From: Phyllosticta citribraziliensis
Taxonomy: Eukaryota
NCBI RefSeq assembly: GCF_038025025.1
Contig: NW_027117349.1
Span: forward strand, 1 to 64,000
Direction: 5' to 3'
Length of the DNA: 64,000 nucleotides
A program made the translations under genes and the position numbers. Below, in pieces: positions 51,504 to 64,000 of the stretch (within the stretch, counting starts at the first letter, position 1; every line of letters starts with the position of its first letter). The notes beneath the pieces were generated by a model. It was not told the origin of the DNA and ran no database searches. It was given only the letters and a program-made list of their open reading frames with translations.

Positions 51504-53096
51504 CTACAATTCTCCAACACTGCTACCTCTGACGTTCTCCTTGCCCATCTGCCTCTCTCGCTTCTTCTGAGCAATGCGCTCCATGGCCAGCTTTCGTCGC
51601 GCATCCTCCGCTTTCGGTGTGCCCGATGGATTCGACAACGGTTGTAAGGATCTTTCGGCTGCTCCAGGCCGGCTGGCAATGGTGGCAATGGTGGCACCGC
51701 TTGTCGCTTTGGCTTGACGAAGGGGTCGATGTCCCTGACTTTCAACTTCTCTTTCTTCAATGCTCTTGCCTGATTGGCCATGCTGGTTGATTGCTGATTC
51801 GCCGTTCACCAACCACGGGTCATCCAAAGCCTCTGAGCCTTTGGCATGGCGTGACGGACGAGGCTTCCTTGAAGCTGATGCTGCTCGGCTCCGCGCTTGA
51901 GATGGATCTCCGGATTGTGTATCCTGGGGCCGGGGCTTCCTCTCGGCTGAGGGTGATGGCTGTGGTTTCTTTCCGCTCCGACGATGGCTCACGGGCGTAG
52001 CATCAAGCTTACAGAGGCTGGCCTGTTGCGGATCAAGCATGGGCTGATCAAAGTCTTTTTCGAGATCCGCAACTGGGTCTTCATCAAAGACCTCTTTCGA
52101 CCCGCTCTCCAAGGCGGCCAAGCGTCGTTTAAGAGTTGCGTTCTCGATGCTCAGCCTACTTTCCTCTGCCATGGCCTGCCTTAGCTTCTCCTTGTACTCC
52201 CGATTCTTGTCTCCGAGCTCTTTCTCTCGTTCTCGGTGCTTCATTTGCTCAGTCTCGAGCTGGCTAGCCACCTCTAAACGTTCCGCATCCTTCTTTCGTG
52301 CATAGTCTTTGGCGATTTGTTGTCTTTTGATCAATTTGTTCATCTCCTTCTCGCTCCTCTTCGCGTACGATTCGTATTGCTCTTTCCAGTATCTTCCGGA
52401 TTCCGAGCGCGGCTGGTCAATGTCAATGGTAATGTCTTGGTCATCTTTTGCCCTCGCCATGGGCGCTAGCCGCTGAGGTGCGGGTGCTCCTCTGATTGGA
52501 ACGGCCTTGGTGTCCGGACCGGGACGATGTGGTTCCCTTGACATTTTGGCATCGTAAAGGGCCTCCTTCAACTTTGCGCTCGATCTGACTTTGGCATCCT
52601 CCGTCACGTCGGTCTTGGGCGTCCATGGGCTTGGGAATTTGCCGGGGTAATTGCTGGGGAGGCCACTGCGGGCTCCAATGTCCGACCTCTTTCCCTCATT
52701 GTCTACCACTTGGGTGCCAAAAGAGACGGTCTTGCGTTCCTTGTTCGCGCCAGGGGTGGAAAGAATGCCAGCAAGCTTGGGGCCATCTTGATCGCTTGCA
52801 TCGTTGCTTGCCGGTGGTCGTGCCCGCGATGACTCGGCCTGCAGCGCGGCGACACGATTGTTTCTTAGGGCTGCTGTGGCTTTCTCGATGGGTTTGACGG
52901 TCTCGGGAGGCTGTGGTGTTCCGAAGATGGCATGCTTGATAGCGCGAGCAGCGAAGACGGGAGCGGGCGTCTCGGGAGGTTCAAGGTAGGGGTTGTCGAC
53001 GGGTTCTGGATTCATGGTGTCAGCTGGCGCTTGGTACTGGGCTCAGTAAATGTCCGTCTTACCTGAGCCGCTGGGTCCTCTTATCCAAGAGAACAT
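51504..53096 (-). CDS. Spindle pole body-associated protein, Cut12-domain
   Basis: Exon 1 MFSWIRG (53096-53063), intron ~53024-53062; EPPETPAPVFAARA.K.AIFGTP, GIL.TPG....RKTVSFG, SGLP..PGKFPSPW, D.TID...PRS.SG.YWK.QYE.Y, coiled coil. Confidence 0.75.
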
Positions 53097-53270
53097 GGCG
53101 ACCGTCTGTGGCGATTAAGGGAAGGCGCCGAAGACCAAGGCGACAGCAAAGACTGCGTGGGAGGGTACAATTGAATGCAGGGAAATAGCGATGGTGGTGG
53201 TATGGTGCAGCAGTCTGGTGTTTTGTCGCGGGGCGCGATGTTTACAAGCAGCCGTTTCGGTGCTGTTGCG

Positions 53271-53282
53271 CTTATCGATAAG
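53271..53282. promoter_or_regulatory. CTTATCGATAAG palindrome in the cut12-like/GCN2 bidirectional promoter
   Basis: Perfect 12-bp palindrome; same core as 34051-34060. Confidence 0.5.
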
Positions 53283-53498
53283 ACGCCTGCCCTGACGCAG
53301 TTGGTGCATGTGCGTCAGCGCGTAGCGTGGTAGCGTGCCAGTCGATACTCACTCACTCATCGCAGCCTGCATCTTTCTCCAATATTGTCTTGAGCTACGC
53401 CAGCATGGCAACTACTCTGTGAAGGGCTGCGGCTTCGGCTGCAACTCTCAAGGTCACCCGTTCCCCTGCCGACCTTGCAACCCGCAACGCAGTCAGCC

Positions 53499-56400
53499 AT
53501 GGCTCCGCCCAAGTCCCCATGGAACAAAATCGCAGCGCCCGCTACCCCCAAAGCAAAGAAAAATGGCTCGACTTCTGCTGCAAAGCAACAGCAGTCTGGA
53601 TCTGCGCTCGATGGATCGCCTTCTACTCCGGCGGCCGCCACCTATGCCCAGGCGCAAGACGACGAGATCGAAGCATTGAAGGCGATATACATGGAGGACT
53701 ATGAGCCAGTCGAAACCAAAGGAGCATGGAGCAAAGCTACGGAACGTGCCTTCAAGCTTTCGCTCAAGGCTTACTCGGACCCCGAAACTCTGGTCGTCTT
53801 GTCCGTACGCCTGACTACCACGTATCCCAAATCGGTTCCCCTGCTGTCCGTAGAGAAGACGGCCGGGCTGCGTCCCAAGCACCTGAAAGAGGTGGAGAAA
53901 ATAATCAAGACCCGACCGAAGGAACTTCTTGGCGAGGTCATGATTTACGAGATCAGTATTGCCATTCAGGACGTGCTCGAGGATGCTGTGGCCGCTCGCC
54001 AACAAGACGATGCTATGCCCAGCCTGGAGGAGGAGCGCGCTGTGCACGAAGCAGCGGCTGAACAATTATCCAAGAAACAAGAGGAAGAAGAATCGAAGAA
54101 GCGCGAGGAAGAGAAGGCCGAGGAGGACCGCATGCTAAAACAGATGGTAGACGAGGAAATGAGTAGACGCAAAGAACATAAGCGCAAGAATCGAGTCTTC
54201 TTTGCACCTGCAAAGACAATGCTTCCGGGTACGTGGTCATTTGAAAACCCTTGGTCGAAGCAACTAACAGCCTCGCAGAAATAGAAACACAACCCATGGC
54301 CCTCATTCGCGAAGGTCCAGTGACTCAAGTGTTCTCTGTGCAGGCAGCTTTGTCGCCCGAGTACTCTGTGAATCTGCTGGTCTTGAAGAAGGCCGTTGTC
54401 AAGAATCAGAAGAATGAAGCTCGTCTCAAAAAGCTCATCGAGGACTTCGACCAGACGATGGAGGATTTGAAAAGAATCAGCCACGACAACGTCATATCTA
54501 TGCTAGACTTCAAAATCGACCGAGTTGCCAATGGCGACTGGCATATCAGCATTTTGCTCGAATACGCTGACAAGGGATCTCTGTCGGAGATGTTTTCAGT
54601 GGTAGAGTCTTTCCCTGCTAACAAGGTTCGCGCTTGGACTGTCGAACTGCTTGAAGCGCTGGATTACCTCCATCGAAATGGCGTGGTTCACAAGAGAGTA
54701 CACTCTGGAAACGTACTGCTTTGCCAGCCCGCGTCGAGCGGCGCCATCTTTGTTAAACTGGCAGACGGTGGCTTCCAAGAGAGCCTGCACACAATCACGG
54801 ATGTTTCAAGGGGGACTGCTAAAGTAGCACCTGCAAGATCGGCATATTGGCAGCCCCCGGAAATGGGTCAAGACTGTGGTGGGAAATCAACAAGGAAAAC
54901 CGACATCTGGGATCTGGGAATCGTTTTCCTGCAGATGCTGTTCGGTCTCGACACGCCTCAAAAGTACAGCTCCCCGAACGCTCTTGCGGAGGACCTTGAG
55001 TTGTCTGAACCTCTCAAGGAGATTGTCGAAAAGTTCTTCAAACCGGACCCAAAGAAGCGGCCTTCAGCTTTCGACCTGATCCCATCGGAATTTCTTCGTG
55101 GCAACGCCCCTACGCTTCTGGGATCAGCATCCCCTGAACGCTCCGCTTCGCTTTCCATTCGGAGCCGCGGTCGCATGCGCCGGGAATCCTCCAATTACGC
55201 TAGTGGTAGCTTCCATGATCGTCCCTTCTCGCGGTACGCCAGTGAGTGGGTGGAAGCTGGTCGACTTGGTAAAGGTGGCTACGGAGAGGTTGTCAAGGCA
55301 CGAAACAAGCTGGACGGACGAATTTATGCCATCAAGAAGATTAGGCAGAAATCTGCAGCTGCTTTGACTGAAGTGCTGTCCGAAGTCATGCTTCTCTCCC
55401 GACTCAATCACCCCTATGTTGTGCGTTACTATACCGCATGGCCGGAGCATGAAGAAACAGATCCCATGGATACAGAGACGGAAGATGATACGGTGACTTT
55501 CACAGAAGACTCTGCTTCTTCTAGCGGCCAAGACTTCGAATTCGGTCGTAGCAACACTGGCGGGCTCGACTTCATCAGTTCCAGTGGCTACCCGAAAATT
55601 GAATTTGGTGATGTCTCTGACGAGGAGTCCGTGTCCGACAATGACGAGTCGTCCAGCAACGGGGAGGAAAGCCACTATGGCATTGCTGCAAGCAGATCGC
55701 CGCTGAAGATGCGACGTGACACATCAAGCTTCAAGTCTCGTGCAGTCCGGACAACATTATACATCCAAATGGAGTACTGCGAGAGACACACCCTCCGCGA
55801 CTTGATCAGAAAAGGTCTCTATGACAACCCCGACGAGGCGTGGCGACTGTTTCGGCAAATATTGGAAGGTCTGGCTCACATACACAGCCATGGAATAATC
55901 CACAGAGATTTGAAGCCCGACAACGTCTTTATCGATGTCACAAACAACCCTCGGATCGGAGACTTTGGCCTAGCGACCAGCGGCCAATACCAGGTCGCCG
56001 ACAAGACTGCCGCTGCTGGAAGCGCAACTGGAAGCAATGATGCTGACATGACTCGAAGTGTCGGAACCGCACTTTACGTTGCTCCTGAGCTACGTTCTGG
56101 GGCTGGAGGAAGCTACAATGATAAAGTCGACATGTATTCTTTGGGTGTCATTTTCTTCGAAATGTGCCATCCTCTGAAGACAGCCATGGAGAGGGACCAC
56201 GTTATCCGCGAGCTTCGCGAAAAGGAACACGCCCTGCCGCCAACCTTTCAGAATCCTACCAAGGCCTTGCAGGGAAGCATAATCTTGACGTTAATCTCGC
56301 ATCGTCCTAGTGAACGCCCAAGCAGTACCGAGTTACTGCGCAGTGGCAAGTTACCACTGCAGGTTGAGGACGAGACAGTTCGTTTAGCACTGCAAGGATT

Positions 56401-58345
56401 GTCGGATCCCAACTCACCGTACTACCACAAGATGCTGTCGGCGCTATTCGCCCAGGGTGCGAACAAGCAGATTAAAGATTTCGCTTGGGACCTGGGTCAA
56501 AGTTCTGCCCACGAGGAAAAGGCTTCAGATGTGGTGCTCCAATGTCTAGTTGAAGAGAAACTCAGTAACGTATTCCGGAGGCACGGAGCGGTCAAGACGC
56601 GGAGGCAGCTGCTTTTCCCGAAATCTGCACATTACGAGAACCAGAACGTGGTTCAACTCTTCGATGCCTCGGGCACCCTTGTTCAGCTACCGTATGACTT
56701 TACGCTGCCGTTTGCCCGGACACTCGCGAGAAGAAAGCCACCGGCCGACAAGACCTACTCAATCGGACATGTCTACCGCGACACTTTCACTGGTGGTGCG
56801 CCTCGTAGCAGTGGGGAGGCTGATTTCGACATCATCTCATACAACAGCTTGGACCTTGCTTTAAAGGAAGCCGAGGTCATCAAAGTCATGGACGAAGTCC
56901 TTGATGAATTGCCGTCGCTCGCTTCTTCGCAAGTCTGCTTCCATCTCAACCACTCGGATCTACTCGAGCTCATCATGGAATCTTGTCGCATAGCCCCGTC
57001 GCTGCGTCGCTCAGTGAAGGACATTCTCAGCAGACTGAATATCCAACAGTGGTCATGGCAAAAAATCAAACAGGACCTACGTTCGCCAGCTGTGGGGGTT
57101 TCGTCTACATCCCTCGACGATCTTGCCAAGTTTGACTTCAGGGACACGCCAGAGAAAACTTTCGCCAAAATCAAATCCCTACTTTCAGGAACGGAGCTAT
57201 TGGATCGGACCCATGCAATCTTTGCGCATTTGCGCCAAGTTCTGACATATCTCGGCAAGTTCAATGTCCAACGCAAAATTTACTGCGCTCCTTTGAGCAG
57301 CTTCAATTCAAAGTTCTACAGTGGTGGTATAATGTTCCAGTGCCTCTTCGACACGAAGCGACGTGATGTGCTCGCCGCTGGCGGCCGATACGATCGACTG
57401 ATTGAAGAACACAAACCCAAGTTTCAAGGCGAGTTTACTGGTTGCCATGCGGTGGGCATGAATATTGGATGGGACAGATTGGTCACATCAATGGCTCGTC
57501 ACCACAAGAGCCACAGCAAAGTTTTCCTGAAAAAGGCACAAGAGGAAGAGAACGGCTCGAATCAATGGCCCACAAGGCGCTGCGACGTTCTTGTCGCCTC
57601 GTTTGATGCGACGACTCTTCGTTCCGCCGGGACCAAAATTGTCTCCGACCTTTGGGCGCATGAAATCAGCTCCGAGTTGTCTACTGACTGCAGGGACTGG
57701 GATGAGCTGATCAGGACTTATGCCGAAGACAAGCACTCCTGGATCGTCATCATCAAACACGAAGCTCTGAATACTGGAAAGCCGGACATCAAGATCAAGT
57801 CGATCTCGAAAAAGGAGGACACAGATCTCCGCAGCTCCGAACTCCTCTCGTATCTCAGACAAGAGCTGCGGGAGCGGGATCATCGAGAGGGACTTGTGGA
57901 GAATCGCACGCGCATGTCACGACTGAGTAGCGACCAACCGAACTATGGCAATCATGGTGCGCAGCAGGATCGTAAAGGCAACGTCCAAGTTCTACTTGCT
58001 CAGCATCGATCGAAAAAGACCAACAAATGGGCAGTAGTCGAGGCCTCACGAACTTCAGTTCATGAGTTGCTGGCGGGATTTCAAGAGAACCCCATCGCTG
58101 CCATTGAGACCAAGGACGAGATACTGGACATGCTGAGAGATACTAGACTGAGCGATGCGGACAGCTGGCGCAGAGTAATCCAGAGTGTCCCGCTGGTGGA
58201 GAGGAGCTATTTGCAAGAGGTTATGGACATGTTGAGGGAATACCGCCGGAAATGGGAAGAGGAAGGTTCTTCGCCAGAGGGGAGAGTCGCGTTTCTTTAC
58301 AATTTTCGCACAGGGGCCTGTGTTATGTACGACTTGGGGCTCTAG
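53499..58345 (+). CDS. GCN2: eIF2-alpha kinase Gcn2 (Cpc-3)
   Basis: RWD domain (Q.DEIEAL.AIY, YPKS.P), pseudokinase, kinase (LGKGGYGEVVKARNKLDGR.YAIKKI, acidic insert, LYIQMEYCE, IIHRDLKP.N, IGDFGLAT), HisRS-like domain (AGGRYD.LI), C-terminal YNFRTG. Intron 54229-54278. Confidence 0.97.
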
Positions 58346-58484
58346 CTTCCATATGGCAGGGCAGAGAAGCAACATGGACAGAAAGGTCTACAGTCTTTTC
58401 AAATCCAAGTAGCCATCAACACACTCACAGATTGGTTAGATTGCTTCGGCCATACCTAGGTCCTTCCTTCACGGAAAGGGTTGG

Positions 58485-58494
58485 ATCACGTGAT
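58485..58494. promoter_or_regulatory. ATCACGTGAT E-box (Cbf1-type bHLH site) upstream of CTR9
   Basis: Perfect palindrome with a TCACGTGA core ~310 bp upstream of the ATG. Confidence 0.4.
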
Positions 58495-58805
58495 TAGTCT
58501 CGCACTGGGTCCGCGGGCGCATTGAAACGCACGGACCTGAGAATCACCGACCGCCCGCCGCGTCGCGCGCAGCTCCAACCCGGACACCAGCAGCAACTCA
58601 CCTCCATTCTGATCTCTATCTACGCAACACCAAAGCCACCGTCCTACCTGCAACTCGCCCTCGCTGCTCCTCCGTGCGGAGCGCTTCACCTCCGAAGCCC
58701 CTCAGATGGACTTTTAGCCCTTCTCTTGCTACCAGTTGCCTTCTGCCCCGTTGCGCGACCTCAACTCCTCCCTCCCGCGCAAGTTGAACTCTTCGGATTG
58801 TTCTG

Positions 58806-61800
58806 ATGGCTGCCAACGGTGTCGCCAACGGCGTCAATGGCCATCATGAGACTGGAAACACCATCGAATCTCGCCGCTTCTCCGAGATCCCCTCCGTCAT
58901 CGATGTGACAGTCGCCGAGGGCGATGTTGTCGAACAGGTTGAAATAGACCTGGTGGAATTGGCCGACGATCCAACTGAGCTCTGCATCCTGCTCGAAAAT
59001 GAAAGCGTCGCAAAGACTACTTGGATGACCATTGCTTTGGCATACGCTAAACAGCGTAAGACGACATTGGCCATTGACATCTTGCTCAAGGCGCGAGAGG
59101 CTTTTGGTCGTGCACCGGCCGACGAGAAGCTCAGCATTCTCAGCGCGCTCTTTTGGCTTCACCTTTGCATGTGCCGCGAAGCTCCTCGTCTTCGTCCGGG
59201 TATGGATCACCACGGTAGAACTGCTGTCAACCACATCGCTAACATAAACCAGAAGGATCCTCCGATGTAAAGACCAAGGAGCAATGGATTCAGGCAGCCA
59301 CAGCAAACCTGAACGATGCCTCGCGCATCAGTCCTTCATACGCCCCCCTGTTTCTCGCTCGAGGCGTCCTCTACCTTCTCCGCGCATCGGCCATAACTCC
59401 AACCAAATCCGGCGCTCCAGACAGTGCCGAGAGGACGGACGCTCTCCGACAAGCTGCCAAATGCTTTGACGACTCATTGCGCGCCTATGGTGGAAGAAAT
59501 CTCATGGCCGTGCTTGGAAAGGCAAGGGTTTACTACTCGCTTGGCAAGTATGCCGAGTCGCTTCAACTGTACCAGAGAGTTCTTGAGTTGGAGCCCCGCA
59601 TGCTCGACCCGGACCCTCGTGTCGGTATTGGTTGCTGTCTTTGGCAGCTGGGACACAAGGAGGATGCAAAAAACGCCTGGCAAAGGTCGCTCGAACTGGT
59701 AAGAGCAATCCACGCCACAAGCTCACTGTTGAGACTAACAGGTGTAGTGTCCTGACTCGAAAACGGCAAATATCCTCCTAGGTCTCTTCCATCTGAACGA
59801 GTCTTCGCAATATCCCACCACGGATCCACACTTTGAGCAAATCTACAAAAAGGCCATGACGGTGTACACGCAAAAAGCCTTCAAGTTGGATAACAAGTAC
59901 CCTCTCACTTGTGCCACTTTCGGTGGATACTTCTTGATGAGAAGGGCCATGGGCCAAGTCGAAAAATTGTCTCGTCGGTCAATCGACTTCACGGACGTCA
60001 ATGCCGTTGCTAGCGATGGCTGGTACCTTCTCGGCAGGAAGTCTCATTACGAAGATGACGTGCCAAAAGCTTTCGACCATTACCAGAGAGCCGACAATGC
60101 CCGCGGAGGCGAAGAAAAAGGCTACCTTCCAGCCAAGTTTGGCATGGCTCAAATTCGCATCATGATGCAAGACTTTGAAGGTGCGAAGCTTCGGCTGGAG
60201 AAAATCATCCAGCAATCCAAAAGCACCGAGGCCATGACTCTTCTAGGCACCTTGTACGCAGAGGATGTTTTCACTGCGCAGGCGTCGAACACAAAAGAAA
60301 ACAAGTCAAATGAGTTGAGGAAGGCAATCGGTCTACTGGAAGGGGTTAGGTCGTCATGGAAGGATCCGAAAAAGAAAGTGTCTCCAGACTCCGCCGTGCT
60401 CCTCAATTTGGCGAGGCTCTACGAAGCAGATCATCCCGAGAAAAGCCTTCAGTGCCTCCATCAGGTTGAACAAATGGAGATGGATGAAATTCCGGACGAG
60501 GATCGCCCCGAGGAGCCAGAAAAGCCGAGCGATACAGGAGACAAGGTTGCCGACGCAGCCGCGAAAGAAGCCTACGAGGAGGCCAAGAAAGCGTGGCTTG
60601 CTCAGATGCGTGAGAACTTGCCTCCACAACTGCTCAACAACATGGGATGCTTCTACTACCAGCAAGAAAAGTACGGGCAAGCCCGTGAGCTATTTCAATC
60701 TGCCCTCAATGCTTGCGTCAAGGTTGGCGACCGGGACCAGTCAATCGACACCGATGCTCTTGTCACTACCATAAGCTACTCTCTCGCTCGCACGTACGAA
60801 GCTGAGGGCATGCTTGACGAAGCCAAAAAGGTCTACGAGGGACTGCTTCAGCGCCACGGCGATTACGTTGACGCAAACATCCGGCTCACCTACATCAAGC
60901 TTCGACAGGACCCGCAAGGCGAGGGCCCCAAGGCCATGCAGGAGCTGTACAAGGCGGAGACCAACAACCTTGAGGTTCGCGCTTTGTACGGCTGGTACAT
61001 CAGCAAGGCCAAGAAGCGAACGAACAACATCAACGAGGATCAGGAACAACGCCATTACAAACATACCCTGGTGCAATGCGACAAGCACGATCGCTATTCT
61101 CTCACAGGTATGGGTAATATGCACCTGCTATTCGCGAGAGAGATGCGCCGAGACACCGAGCAAGACAAGGAAAAGCGGCGCAGGATGTACCAAAAGGCGG
61201 TCGAGTTCTTTGACAAGGCGCTGCAATTGGATCCGAAGAACGCGTACGCTGCTCAGGGAATAGCCATCGCCATGATCGAATGCAACAAGGACTACAGCGG
61301 AGCCATTCAACTTTTCTCCAAAGTCAAGGAGACGCTCAAGGACGCAAGCGTCTACATCAATCTGGGACATGCTTTGTGCGAGACCAAGCAATACTCCCGA
61401 GCCATTGAGAACTATGAAATCGCTCTTGCCAAGGATCGCTCTCGGGATCCAACCATTCTGGCATGTCTTGGGCGTGCTTGGATGCTCAGGGGCAAGCAGG
61501 ACAAGAGTATCCAGGCGATGAAGACTTCGTTGGACTACTCTCGACGGGTGAGTTTCACCATATTTTTTTTATCAAGCTGATTCACTGACTTTAGAAGGCA
61601 CTGGAGGTTGCGCCAGAGCAAGTCCACTTCAAGTTCAACGTCGCCTTTGTCCAGATATCGATAGCCCAGCTCATATACGGGTTGCCTGAAAATTCACGAA
61701 CCTTGGAAGACGTTGAGACCGCTGTCAGTGGCTTGGACGAAGCCATCGAGTCTTTTACCGCCATTGCCAAATCTCCCAATCCTCCATATCCTCGCAACGA

Positions 61801-62599
61801 CATAGAGCAAAGAGCCAACATGGGCAGGAATACCATTAAAAGGCAGCTGGACAGGGCACTGCAGAGTCAAAAGGAGTACGAGGAAAAGAACGCCGCGAAG
61901 CTGAAGGAGGCGAAGGAGAGGCGGGACGCGGAAATCAAGAAGAGAGAGGACGAGAAGAGGAAAGTGAAGGAGGCCGAGGAAGAGAGGCTGCGGGCCATTG
62001 CAGCTGAGAGAGAAAAAATGCGCGAAAGGGACAGGGAGCTGGCTTCGCAGCGATTGGAAGAGGAGAAGAGAAGAGAAGACGCGGAAATGACTACCGACTC
62101 GGAGACCGGGGAGAGAAGGAAACGGGCAAAAACGAAACGTGGCGGCGGCAAACGGAAGAAGAAGGGCGACGAGAGTGATACCGAAGGAGGGGATGGCTCA
62201 GATGGTGAGGCTGGGGGTCGCCGCAGCAGGCGCAGGACTACCACTTCGGCCACGCCCGGCGACTCTGGAGATGAGCGACCTCGCAAGAAGAAGAAGAGAA
62301 AGCTCGAGCGCAAGACGAAGCAGAACAGCAAGTTCAAGTCAGCCGAGTTCATTCAGAGCGACGATGACGACGACTTATTTGGGGACGACTCACCCCAGGC
62401 TGGCAAGAAAGCTGCGGATGATGACGAGCGGGAAGGAGAAGCCGAAAAGACTCCGGAGAGTGATGATGAGGTTTCGGTGCAGAGGCAGCGCAAGTCCGCC
62501 AGGGTCGTCGATGATGACGAGGAAGAAGACTCCGCCGAGCCAGCAAACGGTGCTGTCGACGGCGAAGGCGACACGCCGATGCCAGAAGCCGAGGAGTAG
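58806..62599 (+). CDS. CTR9: Paf1 complex TPR subunit Ctr9
   Basis: VEIDL.EL.DDPTELC.LLENE....W..IALAY, DPDPR.GIG.C.WQLG, AVEFFDKALQLDPKNAYAAQGIAIA, TPR repeats, acidic/basic tail with KFKSAEFI.SDD. Introns 59200-59252, 59699-59746, 61548-~61594. Confidence 0.96.
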
Positions 62600-63584
62600 A
62601 CGCGTCGGACAGGCTGATCGACAAATGAAGCCCTGCTTGGTGGTCCGGGTATCTGCATTAGCATGGGCGTCTGGAAAAATGGCGGGCAGTTCCGTTAGGA
62701 AAGTTCATGCGACAGGTTGACGTGCATTTCTCTTCCTTGTGAACTCTCAATTACTTTGAAAATGGAGACTTCATTCTGTAGGTCATGGATGGACCGAGAC
62801 GTTTGAACTCTATTCGTCGTGGTACTAATGCCATGTGTGAACCATCGGTCTCCTTTGATATTCGACCCAACCATGTTTAGGTGTGTTTGCCAGACAGAAT
62901 TCCGTGATTCTTCAATGCTCGATTTTGCTAACAATCCCCGGCGGCGAAGCACTCAGCCCCAAGGAAATAGGACGTGATATCGGCGGATGCACCAAGTTTC
63001 GCGGTTCCGAGACCAAAGGCGCGGAGTGCAACGACTCAGGGATCAATTCTGTGAGCACCTCATACTGAAGGTCCACCACAAATAATCGGCCAAGACTGGA
63101 GACATCCGGAAGGATGAAGAAGGCCTTTCGTCATGCATGCACCATTGTATGCGTCAAGCTAGCCATGAAAAACGTTAGTATTCCCGCGCCGCAGCACCAA
63201 TACCCGGGGACTCATGGCGTGCTAACAAGTCTGGGAAAAGCGACCACAGACTACTGCGGAGAACACGGCCATCGCCATGGACGCCCAGCTCCCACGTCGG
63301 CTGGCCAATCGCGTCATCGGCTTTTGGATTGCACGATGCAACTTTAGCCCCACGACAGATTATCGCCATACGACCGCTTTCTTGACTCTCGAGTCTCGGC
63401 ATGCGTGAGTGGAAAGTGGGACGCGGTTTAAAATGTAGTTTGCTGCCCTCGTTTCGCAGTGATCAGTTTCGACGTCGAGCCAGCCCGACCGACTCTGTTC
63501 CTGTGACTCCCCCGCGACAAAGGCCAAGGGAAAGAGAGACGAACGCTTTGGACTGCCTCCCGATCTGCGCAGCTTCGTCAGGCC

Positions 63585-64000
63585 ATGGATGTCAACGCCA
63601 ACCCTAACGCACCGCGTTACCGCGCATCCCACGATGTCGAATCAAAGGGCGACCACCGCTTCTCTATACGCCGGATGGCGTCGCCCGGAGCCGAGTCGTC
63701 TGTCATCAAGACGACGGGCAGCATTGCTTTCGTCGGAGAGCAGGGTGCAAACGGCTCGATACCAACTTACCAGGTAGCGACTGGCGCTCCTGTGGAGAAG
63801 GAGTCTCCTCTGGGTTACGAAGTGAATTGGATTTCAATCATCTTCCTGAACATCTCGCAGATGGTCGGCACAGGTGTCTTTTCAACTCGTAAGTCATCAT
63901 TTCGTCTTTCCACGAAAGTTGCGCCTTTGTGCTGCATATTCAGCTTTCATCGGGGTCCCTTGTGCAAGGAAGAAAAGTTAGTTGACAAGCATATCCAGCC
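63585..64000 (+). CDS. APC-family amino acid permease, high-affinity methionine permease (Mup1)-like; 5' partial
   Basis: Frame not in the ORF track: MDVNANP...GEQGANGS.PTYQ.ATGAPVE.ESPLGY.V.W.SIIFLNISQMVGTGVFST-P, with intron 63889-63998 (GTAAGT...GTTGAC...CAG) restoring GTGVFSTP. Confidence 0.85.
   Translation, partial: MDVNANPNAPRYRASHDVESKGDHRFSIRRMASPGAESSVIKTTGSIAFVGEQGANGSIPTYQVATGAPVEKESPLGYEVNWISIIFLNISQMVGTGVFSTRKSSFRLSTKVAPLCCIFSFHRGPLCKEEKLVDKHIQ

Noticed and set aside
24091..63777. Most short or antisense ORFs in the supplied track
   Set aside because: Shadow frames of the real genes or GC-rich UTR sequence, many with TTG/GTG starts; no recognisable motifs.

Overview
Filamentous ascomycete (Pezizomycotina, plausibly Dothideomycetes) genomic DNA in two sharply separated compartments. 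(1) 1-~23,975 is a very AT-rich block almost devoid of CpA/TpG and CpG and saturated in TpA, the signature of repeat-induced point mutation (RIP). Reading it with RIP changes reversed shows: a frame-intact relic of a PhyH-like 2OG-Fe(II) dioxygenase gene; an inverted fragment of a diverged paralog between two 633-bp direct repeats; a large Ty3/Gypsy element (gag CCHC, PR, RT, truncated RNase H, IN, two possible extra ORFs); two chromoviral Gypsy 3' halves with PPT/LTR; and a probable LINE 3' end. (2) ~24,000-64,000 is GC-balanced and gene-dense: a RidA-MFS-C2H2/fungal TF trio at the boundary, then VPS45, KAE1, RKM4/SETD6, EPL1, SNF1 beta subunit, a small membrane protein, KIN17/RTS2, a SUR1-like MIPC synthase, SMI1/KNR4, a Cut12-like SPB protein, GCN2, CTR9 and the 5' end of a MUP1-like permease. 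The best candidate for something undescribed is the multicopy, RIP-killed, repeat-borne dioxygenase. Other oddities: a perfect 69-bp tandem duplication over the VPS45 stop, three GC-AG introns, a shared TTATCGATAA palindrome in two bidirectional promoters, and uORFs before GCN2 and EPL1. All family assignments come from recognising motifs by eye; no searches were run, and de-RIP readings are interpretive.
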